Positions 13,540 through 25,261 of a stretch of DNA of 64,000 nt are shown here, in pieces. The position numbers and the translations under genes were made by a program. Source of the DNA: Torpedo marmorata (Eukaryota); the NCBI GenBank assembly GCA_977017645.1, contig OZ360226.1, positions 124,310,001 through 124,374,000 on the forward strand, read 5' to 3'. A model generated the notes under the pieces. The model did no database searches. It saw only the letters and a program-made list of their open reading frames with translations, and was not told the DNA's origin. Each line of letters opens with the position of its first letter. Position 1 is the first letter of the stretch.

Positions 13540-16500
13540 ATGATGGATAGTAAGAAAATAAATGTAGTAAGTATTAATATAAATGGGCTTAATAACCCGA
13601 TTAAAAGAAAAAGAACTTTAGCATATATTAAAAAGTTGAATGTGGATATAGCTTTTTTACAGGAGACACATTTGATAGATTTTGAACATCAAAAGTTAAA
13701 AAGAGAATGGGCTGGTCAAGTGGTGGCTTCTTCATTTAATTCTAAAGCAAGAGGAGTAGCTATATTAATTAACAAAAAGTTACCTTTTAAGATACAATCA
13801 GTAGTTATAGATGTGGCAGGTAGATATGTCTTGATTCATTGTCAGATTTACTCAGAATTTTGGACACTTATGAACTTGTATGTGTCAAATCCAGATGATG
13901 AACAATTTATTCAAGATTCTTTTTTGCACTTGTCAGAAGCTAATGAGAATATTTAAATTGGGGGAGACTTTAATTGTTGTCTAGATCCGATAATGGATAA
14001 AACTTCAAGATCATTTGCTAAAACTAAGATTGCTAAAAGAGTTCTTTCTTTGATGGAAGACTTAAATTTGGTAGATATTTGGAGGAAATTGAACCCTAGA
14101 GAAAAAGATTATTCCTTTTATTCTTTCAGGCATGATTCATATTCAAGGATAGATTTATTTTTATTGTCTTCACAGGTTCAAGATAGAATAACGCAAGCAT
14201 CGTATAAAGCGAGAATTATTTCTGATCATTCACCTTTATTAATATCTTGTATAATTCCGGAAAAAGAAAATAAAAGAAAATAGCTGGAGATTTAATTCTT
14301 CTTTATTAAAAAGAAAAGATTTTTGTGATTATATGAGAAGGGAAATTCAGGAATTTTTACAAATAAATTCTAATTCCACTGATAATAAATTTATTATTTG
14401 GGAAGCGTTAAAAGCTTATTTAAGAGGTCAAATAATAAGTTATTCAGCAAAAATTAAGAAAGACTATCTTAGGGAAGTAGAAAAATTAGAAAAGGAGATT
14501 GAATGTTTGGAAAAAGATTTACAAAAAAAATAGATCAATTCAAAAAAGGAATCGTTTAATTGGGAAGAAATTACATTATAATCTATTACAAACATATAGA
14601 ATGGAAAAATTAATTGAAAAAACTAAACAAAGATATTATGAATTAGGGGAAGAGCTCAAAGTTTTGGCATGGCAATTAAAAAAAGAACAAGCTTCTAGAA
14701 CTATAAATGCTATAAGGAAAAAGAATTCTAGAGAAATAACCTATAAACCTCGAGAAATAAATGATTCTTTTAAAGATTATTATTTGAATTTATATAGATC
14801 TCAGTTTGATCAAGAGGACTCTAAAACTACTACATTCTTATCTAAAATTATATTACCTAAATTGAATACTCAAAGTAGAGAATCTTTAGATCTACCTTTT
14901 TCAATGAGGGAAGTTAATGAAGTTCTTACTTGGCTAAAGAGTGGTAAATCTCCAGGTGATGATGGATTTCCATCAGAATTTTATAAAGAATTTAAAGATT
15001 TGTTAATACCTCCATATATGGACGTATTGAATCAAATTACGGAAACTCATTCTTTACCAGATACTTTTTAAAATGCAATAATTACAGTTATACCAAAGAA
15101 AGATAGAGACGTATTGAAAACTGAATCTTATAGACCTATTTCATTATTAAATGTAGATTATAAGATAATGGCAAAGATTTTAGCAAATAGAATGGCTAAT
15201 TATTTACCAGATTTAATTCATGTTGATCAAGCTGGTTTTATTAAAAATAGATATTCAAAAGATAATATAGCTAGATTGATTAGTTTAATTAATTTACATA
15301 AAAAGAAGGAAGATTTACCATTAGTTTTAACTTTAGATGCTGAAAAGGCTTTTGATAGATTAGAGTGGAATTTTTTATTTAAAGGTATTGGAGAAATATG
15401 GTTTTGGAAATACATTTATTAACTGGATTAAAACTATATATAAAGAACCATCAGCTAAGGTAGTTACAAATGGACAAACTTCTTCAAAATTTCCTTTGAG
15501 TTGATCTACTAGTCAAGGATGTCCTTTGTCACCAGCATTATTTATTTTGGCGATAGAAACCTTGGCAGAATTAGTTAGAAAAGATCCTAAAATAGTTGGT
15601 ATTAAGGTTGGAATGGAAGAACATAAAATTAGCTTGTTTGCAGATGATGTATTGATATATATGACAAAATCTACTACATCCTTAGTTCAATTGTCTTTGT
15701 TATTGAGAGAATATGGGGAAATATCTGGATATAAGATTAATTCTGATAAAAGTGAAATTATGGCATTATCACAAGGGGATTATAGTAGATGTAAGGAAAT
15801 TACACAATTTAAGTGGGCTAAGGAAGGAATTAAATATTTGGGAATAAAGGTTGATACAAATTTGACTAATTTATATAAATTAAATTATTTACCATTATTT
15901 GTGAAAATAAAGAAAGATTTAGAAAACTGGAAAGATTTACCTATAACTTTAATGGGAAGAGTAAACTGTATTAAAATGAATGTTTTTCCAAGAATTCAAT
16001 ATCTTTTTCAATCAATTCCTTATGGAATTCCTCAAAATTTTAAAAAAGATTTAAATTCAATTATTAGAAAATTTTTATGGAAAGGAAAGCTAGCAAGAGT
16101 AGGTATGGAAAAATTAACTTGGAATTATGAAATGGGTGGTTTACAACTTCCTAATTTCCAAAATTATTATAAAGCAGCTCAATTAAAATTTGTTAATGAA
16201 TTTTTTGATTTAACTAAATCTTCTGCTTGGATTAAAATAGAATTAAATAATATAGGAGAAGATTCCAAAGAAGAAATTATTTACAAATGGGATTCTAAAT
16301 TAATATCAACAAAAAAGAAAAATTCGCCTATTTTTAAACATTTGTTAGAAATATGGTATAAGACAGATAAGGAAATAGGAGCAAAAGGATTGATTTCTTC
16401 AAGGATGCCTTTATATCAAAATGGACTTATTCCATTTACTGTTAATAATCAATTATTTAAAATTTGGTTTCAAAAAGGAATTAAGAAAATTAATGATTGT

Positions 16501-17331
16501 TTTGAAGTGGGAAAATTTATTACTTTTCAAAGAATGAAAGATAAATTTAATATATTAAAAAACACACTTTTTGCTTATTATCAAATTAGAGCTTTTTTGA
16601 TTGAGAAATTAGGTAATGCTTTGATTTTGCCAAGACAAAATGAATTAGAATTATTAGTTACTAAAGGGGATGTTAATAAATTTATTTCTCAAATGTATAA
16701 ATTGTTTCAGAGGAAATTGCCTAAAGTAGGAATGCATAAATCAAGATTAAAATGGGAATTAGACCTGAATGTAAGAATAGATGAAAATCATTGGAAATAA
16801 TTATCTAAATTAAGTATGACAAAGATTATTAATGTTAGATATAGATTAGTTCAATACAATTTTTTTCATCAATTATATTTAACACCTAAAAAATTAAAGA
16901 AATTTAATCCGACATTATCAGGTTTATGTTTTAGATGTAATAAGGAAGAAGGATCTTTTGTACATTGTACATGGTTTTGTCCAAAAGTTTATGATTTTTG
17001 GTTTAAAGTTAAACATTTCTTAGATAAAGTATTTAAAATTACGTTTCCAATGGATCCTATGTTATTTCTGTTTGGAGATATTAGAAAATTTGGTATTAAG
17101 ATGAAATTAAATATGTATCAAATAGAATTTTTGTGAGTTACTTTAGCTGTTTCAAAGAAATGCATTGCTATTACTTGGAAATCTGATTTAGATTTAGGAT
17201 TTGAAAGATGGCATGCAGAACTTCGTTCATGTATACCACTTGAAAAAATAACTTATAATCTACGTAATAAATATCATTTTTTCTTAAAAATTTGGAGCCC
17301 ATATATGAGAGCTGTTGGCTTAAGAACTTGA
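13540..17331 (+). pseudogene. L1 ORF2p (APE endonuclease, RT, C-terminal Zn-binding), disrupted by stops and frameshifts
   Basis: NINGLN, FLQETH, GGDFN, SRIDLF, SDHSP, KSPGDDG, YRPISLLN, LDAEKAFD, SLFADD, CFRC..H..C; spread over eight ORF pieces. Confidence 0.92.
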
Positions 17332-17622
17332 GGATCTCTGGGTATTGGGTCTACTGGCATACTTGACCTCCATAATAGAAGTAGTTTATAGATTGGCATT
17401 CCCCTAACTTTATTTTTCTCTTTCTTTTTCTTTCTTCTTTTTCTATTTTTATTTTATATTTTTATTAGATTAGTGGGGTTGGGAGGGTTGGGGAGTGGAG
17501 GGAGGGAGGGGGGGGTGAAAATGTATCACAAATAATTTCATAACTGTATATTTTACTTTATGTATTTCGTGATTTAAAAATTTTAAATAAAATATTTTTT
17601 AAAAAAAGTAGAGGCCTCACCT

Positions 17623-19713
17623 TCGTCCCCCTCCGCCAACACCTCAACGAGTTCCGCGCACGCCATAATGCCGAACTCTTCTTCCGTCGCCTCCGCCTCC
17701 GTGCTCACTTCCATGACCGTGATTCTCCACCCCCCACCCAAAACCCTTTCTCCCGCTTCAAGCCTTCTTCCTCTTCCTGGACACCTCGCCCTGGCCAGCT
17801 GCCCGCTCTGGACCTTTTTATTTCCAACTGCCGCCGAGACATCAACCGTCTCAACTTCACTATCCCCCTCTCGTATTCCAACCTCACCTCCTCAGAACGC
17901 TCTGCCCTCCACTCTCTCCGCAACAATCCCAACCTCACCATCAAACCCGCAGACAAGGGCGGTGCGATTGTGGTCTGGCGCACTGACCTCTACCTTGCCG
18001 AGGCCAGTCGACAACTCTCAGACACCTCCTCCTACCGACCCCTCCCACAGGACCCCACCACAGCACATCAAGCCACTGTCTCCAACACCATCTCCGACCT
18101 CATCACCTATGGTCACCAACCTCATTCTCCCCCAACCCCGCACTGCCCGTTTCTACCTTCTACCCAAGATACACAAACCCAACCATCCGAGCAGACCCAT
18201 TGTTTCTGCCTGCTCCTGCCCCACTGAACTAGTTTCATCTTACCTTGACTCCATCTTTTCTCCCCTGGTCCAATCCCTCCCCACCTACATCCGCGACACC
18301 TCACATGCCCTCCATCTCCTCAATGACTTCAGATTCCCTGAATCGGACCGTATCATCTTCACCATGGATGTCCAATCCCTTTATACCTCTATCCCCCACA
18401 CAGAAGGTCTGAAAGCACTTAGCTTCTTCCTGGATCAAAGACCCGACCAGTCACCCTCTACCACCACCCTCCTCCGCCTGGCAGAACTTGTCCTCACTCT
18501 CAATAACTTCTCCTTCAACTCATCCCACTTCCTCCAAATCAAAGGAGTAACCATGGGTACACGCATGGGTCCCAGCTACGCCTGCCTGTTTGTGGGCTTT
18601 GTGGAGCAATCCATGCTGCAAGCCTACACAGGCAAGACCCCTCATCTCTTCCTCTGGTATATCGACGACTACATCGGGGCTGCCTCATGCACCCGCGATG
18701 AGCTTGTCAACTTCATCCACTTCGCATCCAACTTTCACCACGATCTCAAACTCACCTGGTCCATCTCTGATAATACTCTCCCCTTCCTGGATCTCTCTGT
18801 CTCCATCTCGGGAGACAAGCTTTCCACCGACATTTACTACAAACCCTCCAACTCCCACAACTATCTGGACTACACATCCTCACACCCTGTCCCCTGCAAG
18901 GACTCCATCCCCTTCTCTCAATTTCTCCGCCTCCACCGGATCTGTTCCCAAGATGAGGTGTTCCACTCCAGATCTTCTGAAATGTCTGCCTTTTTCCACA
19001 AACGTGGCTTCCCTTCCACCACCATCAACTCAGCCCTCACCCGCATCTCCTCCATTTCCCGCTCATCTGCCCTGGCCCCCTCTGCCCCCAGACGCAACAA
19101 ACATAGAATCCCCCTCATCCTCACCTACCACCCCACCAGCCTCCGCATCCAACACATTATCCGCTGGAATTTCCGGCACTTACTACAGGATCCCACCACC
19201 AGACACATTTTTCCTTCTCCTCCCCTCTCGGCCTTCCGTAGGGACCGCTCCCTCCGTGATTCACTCGTGCACTCATCCCTCCCCACCCATCGCACCCCCG
19301 GAACCTTCCCCTGTGCCCGCAGGAAGTGCAACACCTGCGCCCACACCTCCCCCTTCACCACGGTCCAGGGCCCCAAACAGGCCTTCCAAGTGAAACTACA
19401 CTTCACTTGTACATCCAGAGAACTTATTTACTGCATCCGGTGCTCCCTTTGTGGCTTTCTATACATTGGAGAGACCGGTCGTAAATTGGGAGACCGCTTT
19501 GCTGAGCACCTCCACTCCGTCCGCAACAACAGCGACCTCCCAGTAGCCAACCATTTCAATTCCGGGTCACACTCCCACACTCACATGTCTGTCCATGGCC
19601 TCATGTACTATCCCACCCAGACTACCCGCAAATTGGAGGAACAACATCTCATATTCCGTCTCGGCACTCTCCAGCCAGATGGCATTAACATTGACTTTTC
19701 TGCTTTCCACTAA
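17623..19713 (+). pseudogene. Penelope RT plus GIY-YIG endonuclease ORF (frameshift near 18110)
   Basis: LLPKIHKP, MDVQSLYTSIP, GVTMGTRMGP, WYIDD, FLD; Cys linker CARRKCNTC; LIYCIRC..LYIGET..RFAEH; PDGIN. Confidence 0.92.
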
Positions 19714-19901
19714 ACCTGCTTGTTGTTCCCTTCCCCTCCCCCCTCACCTGTCCTTCCTGTTTTTCTCTAGCTACCTAGCCATCCCTCCTCCCCCTCTTTG
19801 CTGCTGTCCCCTCCCTCCTTTCTCCACCTATCATCTCCTGCCTTTACCATCCCCCTTCCCCCCTCACTCCTTTGTTCGGACGCCTGCCGGCATTTTCTCA
19901 T

Positions 19902-19935
19902 ACTTTGATGAAGGGCTCAGGCCCGAAACGTCGGT
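19902..19935 (+). ncRNA. Minimal type I hammerhead-ribozyme-like motif in the Penelope pLTR
   Basis: act-TTGATGA-a-GGGC-tcag-GCCC-GAAA-CG-TC-ggt: core, 4-bp stem II and palindromic ACGT stem III; PLE hammerheads are established. Confidence 0.65.
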
Positions 19936-21819
19936 TATGTATTTCTACCTTTGCTACATAAAAGACACTGTTTGACCTGCTGAATTTCTCCAGCATTTGT
20001 GTTTTTTACTTCAACCACGGTGTCTACAGATTTTCGTGTTTTACTTCTTGGATAAACTTGAATTGTTTTCTCTGCATTATCAGAGGCTGAAGGGAGACCT
20101 GATAGAATTGAAAGGCATTGGTAAGGTCGTCGGTCAGAATCTTTCTCCTAAGGTAAAAAAATTTTTTGAAAACTAGAGGACGTGTGTTCAAGTTGAGATG
20201 GGTAAAGTTTAAAGAATATGCGCACAGAGAGTGGTAGGTGCCAGGAAAGGGCTGCCAGAAGTAATGGTGGAACCAGATACAATAGTAGCTGATGTGTATC
20301 ATGTGCAAGCAGCAGTGTTTGTTTAATCATTGTTGGGGCATCATGTTTGGTGCAGACATGTGGGGTGAAGTGCCTGTTCCTGTGGTGTATAATTGGCAGC
20401 AATCTTGCTTTACAATCATTTTTTTTTTTAAGTACAAATGCCATGCAGAATAAGGCAAGAACATGAAAAAATAAGGCTATTCAGCCCAGAGGTCTACCAA
20501 CCATTTCCTAGCTTTCTTTTTGTCCTTAATTTGAATTTTTTTAAAAAATGAGTTGGGATAGTCCACAAAGTCTTGTGATAATTGTTGGGGCAATTGCAAC
20601 TTCTCAAGAAAAGGACGTAACCCTGGAACATGACTGCAAACTTAAATCATGATGGATCACGTTGAAACTCTATGAGCAGTTCTTTGAAAATTCTCTTAAT
20701 AAATGATTTTAAAATCTATTCTGTAGTAATTATTAAACAAGTGATTTTGCAACTTCATACATATAGTTATTTGGCAGGTGGCTGTGACTGTTAATTGTTT
20801 TACAATTATGATAAATCGATTCTCTCAGGAGTGAAGCATAATAATGAGCAAATTAAATCTGGAAAGTCAACTGAGCACGTCTAGTTGGCAGTCAGCTTCA
20901 AGCTCTGATATACATTCTGTGTCAGGAAATTCAAAGTGGGGCTTCACCTTGGTCAATACTCTCTTTGGAGCTTGTATACCATTATATTGGGAGACAGATC
21001 TAGGATAAAGCTGTTTTCCTTGTCCAGTGCCAGCCTGGGAAATACCTGGTAAATCAGTAATTTACCTCCATCCTTTGACTTCCCCAGAACCTTTTCCCCA
21101 CTGGACCCTGATGGGCTGAAGGCCTGACACTGCGGACCTCTGCATCTAAAGCTCCGACCCTCTGAGCCACTGCTTCCGACTCCCATGAATCCAAGTCTCT
21201 AACCAATCTGCCACCACACAATCCCAATCCAATCCAAGGCAATGACCTAACTGAAACCAAGACTCTGATCCAAAAGTCCTTCCACCTGGTCTGGTGTTGT
21301 GCCATCCCCCAAGTACAAGGTCCTGATTCTCGAGTTCAAAATCCATTCCATGGATCCATAGCCTGATGTTTGGTCCAAGGGCTGAATTTTGAGTCTAAGG
21401 GTCTGAACCTAGAGTTTGAGGCCTGACATCTGAACTCCCCCCCTCCCCTCTATTAAACCTATCCATCAGTGCTGCCATCTTGATTTAACCATAAAGCACT
21501 CCCCTATCCTACTGACAATATGCAATGCTGCTGGTATCTCAATCCAACAGCCCTCCCACACCACGACTTCTGAAGTCACTTCTATTGTCCTAGTTTCTCC
21601 CAAATCGTCAACCTCTGGCCATCTATGTTGGTTTTCTGATGACCACCTCCACCTTCACCCCACCCCCTACTAACCTGTCCCAGTGTTACTTCAACTGCCC
21701 AGGACACACTGCTGCATCATCTAATTGAACATGTGGCACTCACTATTAATAATCTGACCTTGAAATGGATCACCTGATGGCACATTTTCATTTTTAAGAT
21801 CCCGTGAGCCCACTAAATA

Positions 21820-22038
21820 CAGTAAAATCTCCGTTATACGGAATTCAAGCAACCAGTAGTCTCAAGCAACCGACAAAAAAAATCAAGGAAAATAAATAGG
21901 TAAAAAAAAAAGTTTAAAATTGCATCCCCTAGCGGTTAGTTCACCAATCCATGCAACACGCAATCTCAAACAACCGGAAAATTCACTTATCCGGCATCAA
22001 GCAGTCCCCATAGGTGCCGGATACCAGGGGTTTTATTG
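21820..22038. mobile_element. Tc1/mariner (Tigger-like) MITE
   Basis: TA|CAGTAAAATCTCCGTTAT...CCGGATACCAGGGGTTTTATTG|TA: imperfect TIRs with TA TSD; related to 39428-40064. Confidence 0.7.
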
Positions 22039-22284
22039 TACCTCTATTCTGAGCCACATTCTTCAATCTGCTTTAATCCCTTTGCCTCTGTATATCCACC
22101 TTGATCTTCAGACTGATACTCCCCAAAATTTTCCTCCATTTTTTTGTCTCACTTTTTCCACTGTGTGCTAATTCCTGGTCCCCAGATTCCAGACTCCGTC
22201 AGGATCCTATCCTTTCACATTGTCTCCACTGAGCCCCTATCCTCCATTATTCCAATCCATTGTTTCCTTCCCCGCCCCCACCCC

Positions 22285-23012
22285 TGTTGTGAGTGAGGAA
22301 ACAGGTTTGGTGGGTCTCAAAGGCAAGGAATCCAGACACACAGCTTTGGTAGTAAAGGATTTTATTTACAGAAGGCAAAACGTGGGGGAATGGCAGGAGA
22401 GGCACTACACACACACACAATTTACAGCAACCGTGGGAAAATAGTAGTGGCGATGGAACAACGCGCACAGTTTAATAACGATCGTGGGAAACTCGCGTAG
22501 AAACAAAGTACACACACACATACAACCAACTGGGTACATACAATAATCAAGGAAAAATCAATACGATGCCCCACCACCCCTTTACTCAGTGCAGGCACAG
22601 CTCTATGCTACTAGGGACACTAATTATACGCTCCAAACCCTTTTAAACAGTGCACATCTCACCAACAACTTCTCCAGCACCCTTCCACGGTTCTGGGCCT
22701 GGAGTGAAGCAGGGTGGTCCCAAGCTGGCAAAGAGGGAGAACAAAGAACACATGGCACCTTTATAGTGCTGGAGGGCTGGGGGGTCCAGCCCAGGTCGTT
22801 AGCAGGGGGCCAATATGGTTCGGTGCCAGGAAGGTTAAGCTGATTACAAAGGCCAATGGCCCAAGGCCAAGTACAAAGGAATTTAAATTGGCCAACAGCA
22901 AGGTGTGCACTAATGGGTGGCGCTGGGCTAAACCTTGATTGGCAGATGGTGTATCCTTCTATTAGGTAGGGGGCAGTGCTGTCACGTGACAGCCACGACC
23001 CTTCCCAATACA
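22285..23012 (-). repeat. 3' LTR of an ERV-L-like provirus
   Basis: Minus strand TGTATTGG...CACAACA (TG...CA), AATAAA near 22361, preceded by purine tract GAGGGGTGGAT. Confidence 0.7.
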
Positions 23013-23842
23013 ATCCACCCCTCGGAGGTCACACCACTCACCAATCATTACGAAGACAATCAATAACTATGTATATGTTATAAGTAAAGACAAAAAGACA
23101 GGTTTAAAAAAAAAACGATACTAATCAAGCAGGTCAATATATAAACAAGTGCCTTCCGTATGCTGGACAAGGCACATAGTCAAATTCAATGACAATACCT
23201 CACCAGCCCCCCCCCCCCCCCGACCAAACAGGGTTGCTGTGTTACCGATGGAGCAGGGTGCTGTGGGAGCTGCTCCCCAGTGTCAGAGGGGAGGGTAGAA
23301 AAGGAATTTGTTTGGTCACCGACTCGTATGCCTGGTTTCTCCGGCTTGGTTTGCAAATGTGAGCACCCTTACCACCACCATCTGCGAGCAGGTAGTGCAA
23401 GGTCATCCATCAGGTGCCAGAGCTCTCTCTTGGCTTGCGCAACCTTCGCCTTGGCCTCATGCTTGGGCGCTCCCTAAGCACAGAGCCTAGATGCACGTCA
23501 CCGTGCTATCCGGTGGTGAGGCAGGGGGCAGGCCGGCAGGTATACATCCAGGGTGTACCGAGGGCGCCCTTTTTTGTGTGCTGGCGTTTGACACCTGGAT
23601 GCCTTTTCTGCTCGCGTTCTCTTTCAACGGGTGCCACAAGTGCCTGTGCTGAACCCCTGCAACGATAGCCAGGAGGAGTCGGGACCAAAAGCCAGCCAAT
23701 TTAGTGTTTTTAAATAAAAGCTCCCGCAGCCCCCACTCCATGAGGTGTTTTTCTGTTAATGGGAGTTGTGGGGTGATGCCATCATTGTGAAACAAAATAT
23801 ATACAATGTTTCGTACCATGGTCTGATCAATGACTAACAAAC

Positions 23843-24010
23843 TAACTTCAATTTCTCTGAGTGTGCTTAGAGACATTGTGCACAGTAAATACCACAGCTC
23901 AGGGTGCCATTAAAACAAAGTCCATCTATAACTTCAATTTCTCTGAGTGTGCTTAGAGACATTATGCATAGAAGATACCACAGCTCAGGGTGCCATTAAA
24001 AATGTCCATA
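23843..24010. repeat. ~86-bp tandem duplication
   Basis: TAACTTCAATTTCTCTGAGTGTGCTTAGAGACATT...ATACCACAGCTCAGGGTGCCATTAAAA occurs twice. Confidence 0.9.
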
Positions 24011-24696
24011 ACAAAAGATGTTGGAATGTCCAGTGATAAAGTTTCTATAGCAACAGCTGTTCTCTTGCTGAGAATTTTTTTGCATAATACAAGACAAACT
24101 CTCTTGTTGGTCAGTAGTCAGTTCAGGCAGAGATTTTGTCCAGAAGCCTTGTGAGACTGTGCGCCCTTAAATCTTCTGCCAGAGGTTCCATTCAGTGACC
24201 GCCTCACTGGCCGAGACCTGTAATTTAAAAGGAACACCTGCCTGGCGGAGAGGGCGTGGCAGTGGTTCTTCAACGGCTTGCTTTGCTGTGCCAGAAGCAG
24301 CCTGTTGTTCTGGTCCCCATAAGAATGTGGCTTTGTTATGGGAGACTCTATAGGGTGGTTTAAAGAGCATGGTAAGGTGGGGTATATGCTGCCGCCAATA
24401 ACTTAGGAGGCCCACGAAGCTCTGGATGTCTGTTTTATTTGAGGGAATGGCAAAATTCAAAATTTTATTCTTGGTAGTCTCAGAAATATATCTTTGGCCT
24501 GAGTGCCATTGTAATCACAGACACAGGACATTCTGGCTAGGGCACTGCACCTTATCAATATTAATGCCCCAGCCCCATTTCCTGAGGGAGGAGATTAGCA
24601 TGTGAAGGGCCTCTGAGACAATGGTGTAATGGACCATTGACAACTCTGGGGGAGGTTGAATAGGTTGTACGTCACGGGAGATTAAACTGTAGCAGG

Positions 24697-24841
24697 AATA
24701 AAACATGAAAATCTGTAGACACCGTGGTTGAAGTAAAAAACACAAATGCTGGAGAAACTCAGCAGGTCAAACAGTGTCTTTTATGTAGCAAAGGTGGAAA
24801 TACATAACCGACGTTTCGGGCTTGAGCCCTTCATCAGGTAG
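24697..24841 (-). mobile_element. Short Penelope pLTR copy with hammerhead core, inside the ERV pol
   Basis: 9-bp TSD TGTAGCAGG (24688-24696 / 24842-24850); reverse complement has CTGATGAAGGGCTCAAGCCCGAAACGTC. Confidence 0.9.
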
Positions 24842-25261
24842 TGTAGCAGGTAGTGGGACAATGGAATGTGTCTTGTCTCATGTCCCAAGTAACTGCAAAT
24901 TGCTCTTGTGAGTTGAAATGGAGAGAAATCGAAAAGAAAGCATTCTTGTTGGGGGGTCTGTACTGTGGGCTGCAGACAACCTTGGAGGGAAGGGGGACAA
25001 CGACTGGTTCCCCTTTGACTGTCCCATCTACAATTGTGGCCCGTGCAGCCCAAACTTAAACTTGTCCCTGTTAGTATAAAGGGACTGTCCCTTTAAAACA
25101 TTGATCCCTAGAATGCATTCAGGGGAAGGAACAGTGGGGGGGTTGGGGGGGGAGCGGGGGGGGGTTGGGGGGGTGAGCAGGGGGAGTGATAGCTCCCCCT
25201 GAGCAAATTTTTCAGCCCAGCAGCGCCCACAGCCCTCCTGCACCACGTATTCGCTCCTTCA

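Larger units (their letters stand above)
12782..17606 (+). mobile_element. L1-clade LINE, 5'-truncated within ORF1, inserted into Penelope
   Basis: 16-bp TSD AGTAGAGGCCTCACCT (12766-12781 / 17607-17622); ORF1 C-terminus, ORF2, G-rich 3' UTR, AATAAA and A-tail. Confidence 0.95.
12719..20047 (+). mobile_element. Penelope-like element (Neptune-type), interrupted by L1
   Basis: 14-bp TSD TTGGATAAACTTGA; LSRGLTFVP motif split across the L1; PADKGG; RT and GIY-YIG ORF; 3' pLTR. Confidence 0.92.
12355..20390 (+). mobile_element. CR1 3' fragment (12355-12718 and 20048-20390) split by Penelope and L1
   Basis: ORF 12483..12746 (LVRLHLEYCVQFWS..ERIQNRFTR); CR1 resumes after TSD TTGGATAAACTTGA (12705-12718 / 20048-20061). 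Confidence 0.85.
23013..25260 (-). mobile_element. Degenerate class III (ERV-L-like) endogenous retrovirus internal region
   Basis: PSPECILGINVL, MVHY, WGWGINIDKVQCPSQNV, FVGLLSYWRQHIPHL..FLWGPEQQ..LQVS..WNLWQ and GFWTKSLP resemble ERV-L protease/RT/connection as I recall them. Confidence 0.75.

Noticed and set aside
17668-18110. Ser/Pro-rich N-terminus of the 681-aa Penelope ORF as a novel domain
   Set aside because: Wrong frame; the real Penelope frame (FFRRLRL, PADKGG) is a different one upstream of a frameshift near 18110
18590-19393. 267-aa Pro/Ser/Thr-rich overlapping ORF
   Set aside because: Alternative frame of C-rich Penelope coding DNA, which is naturally poor in stop codons
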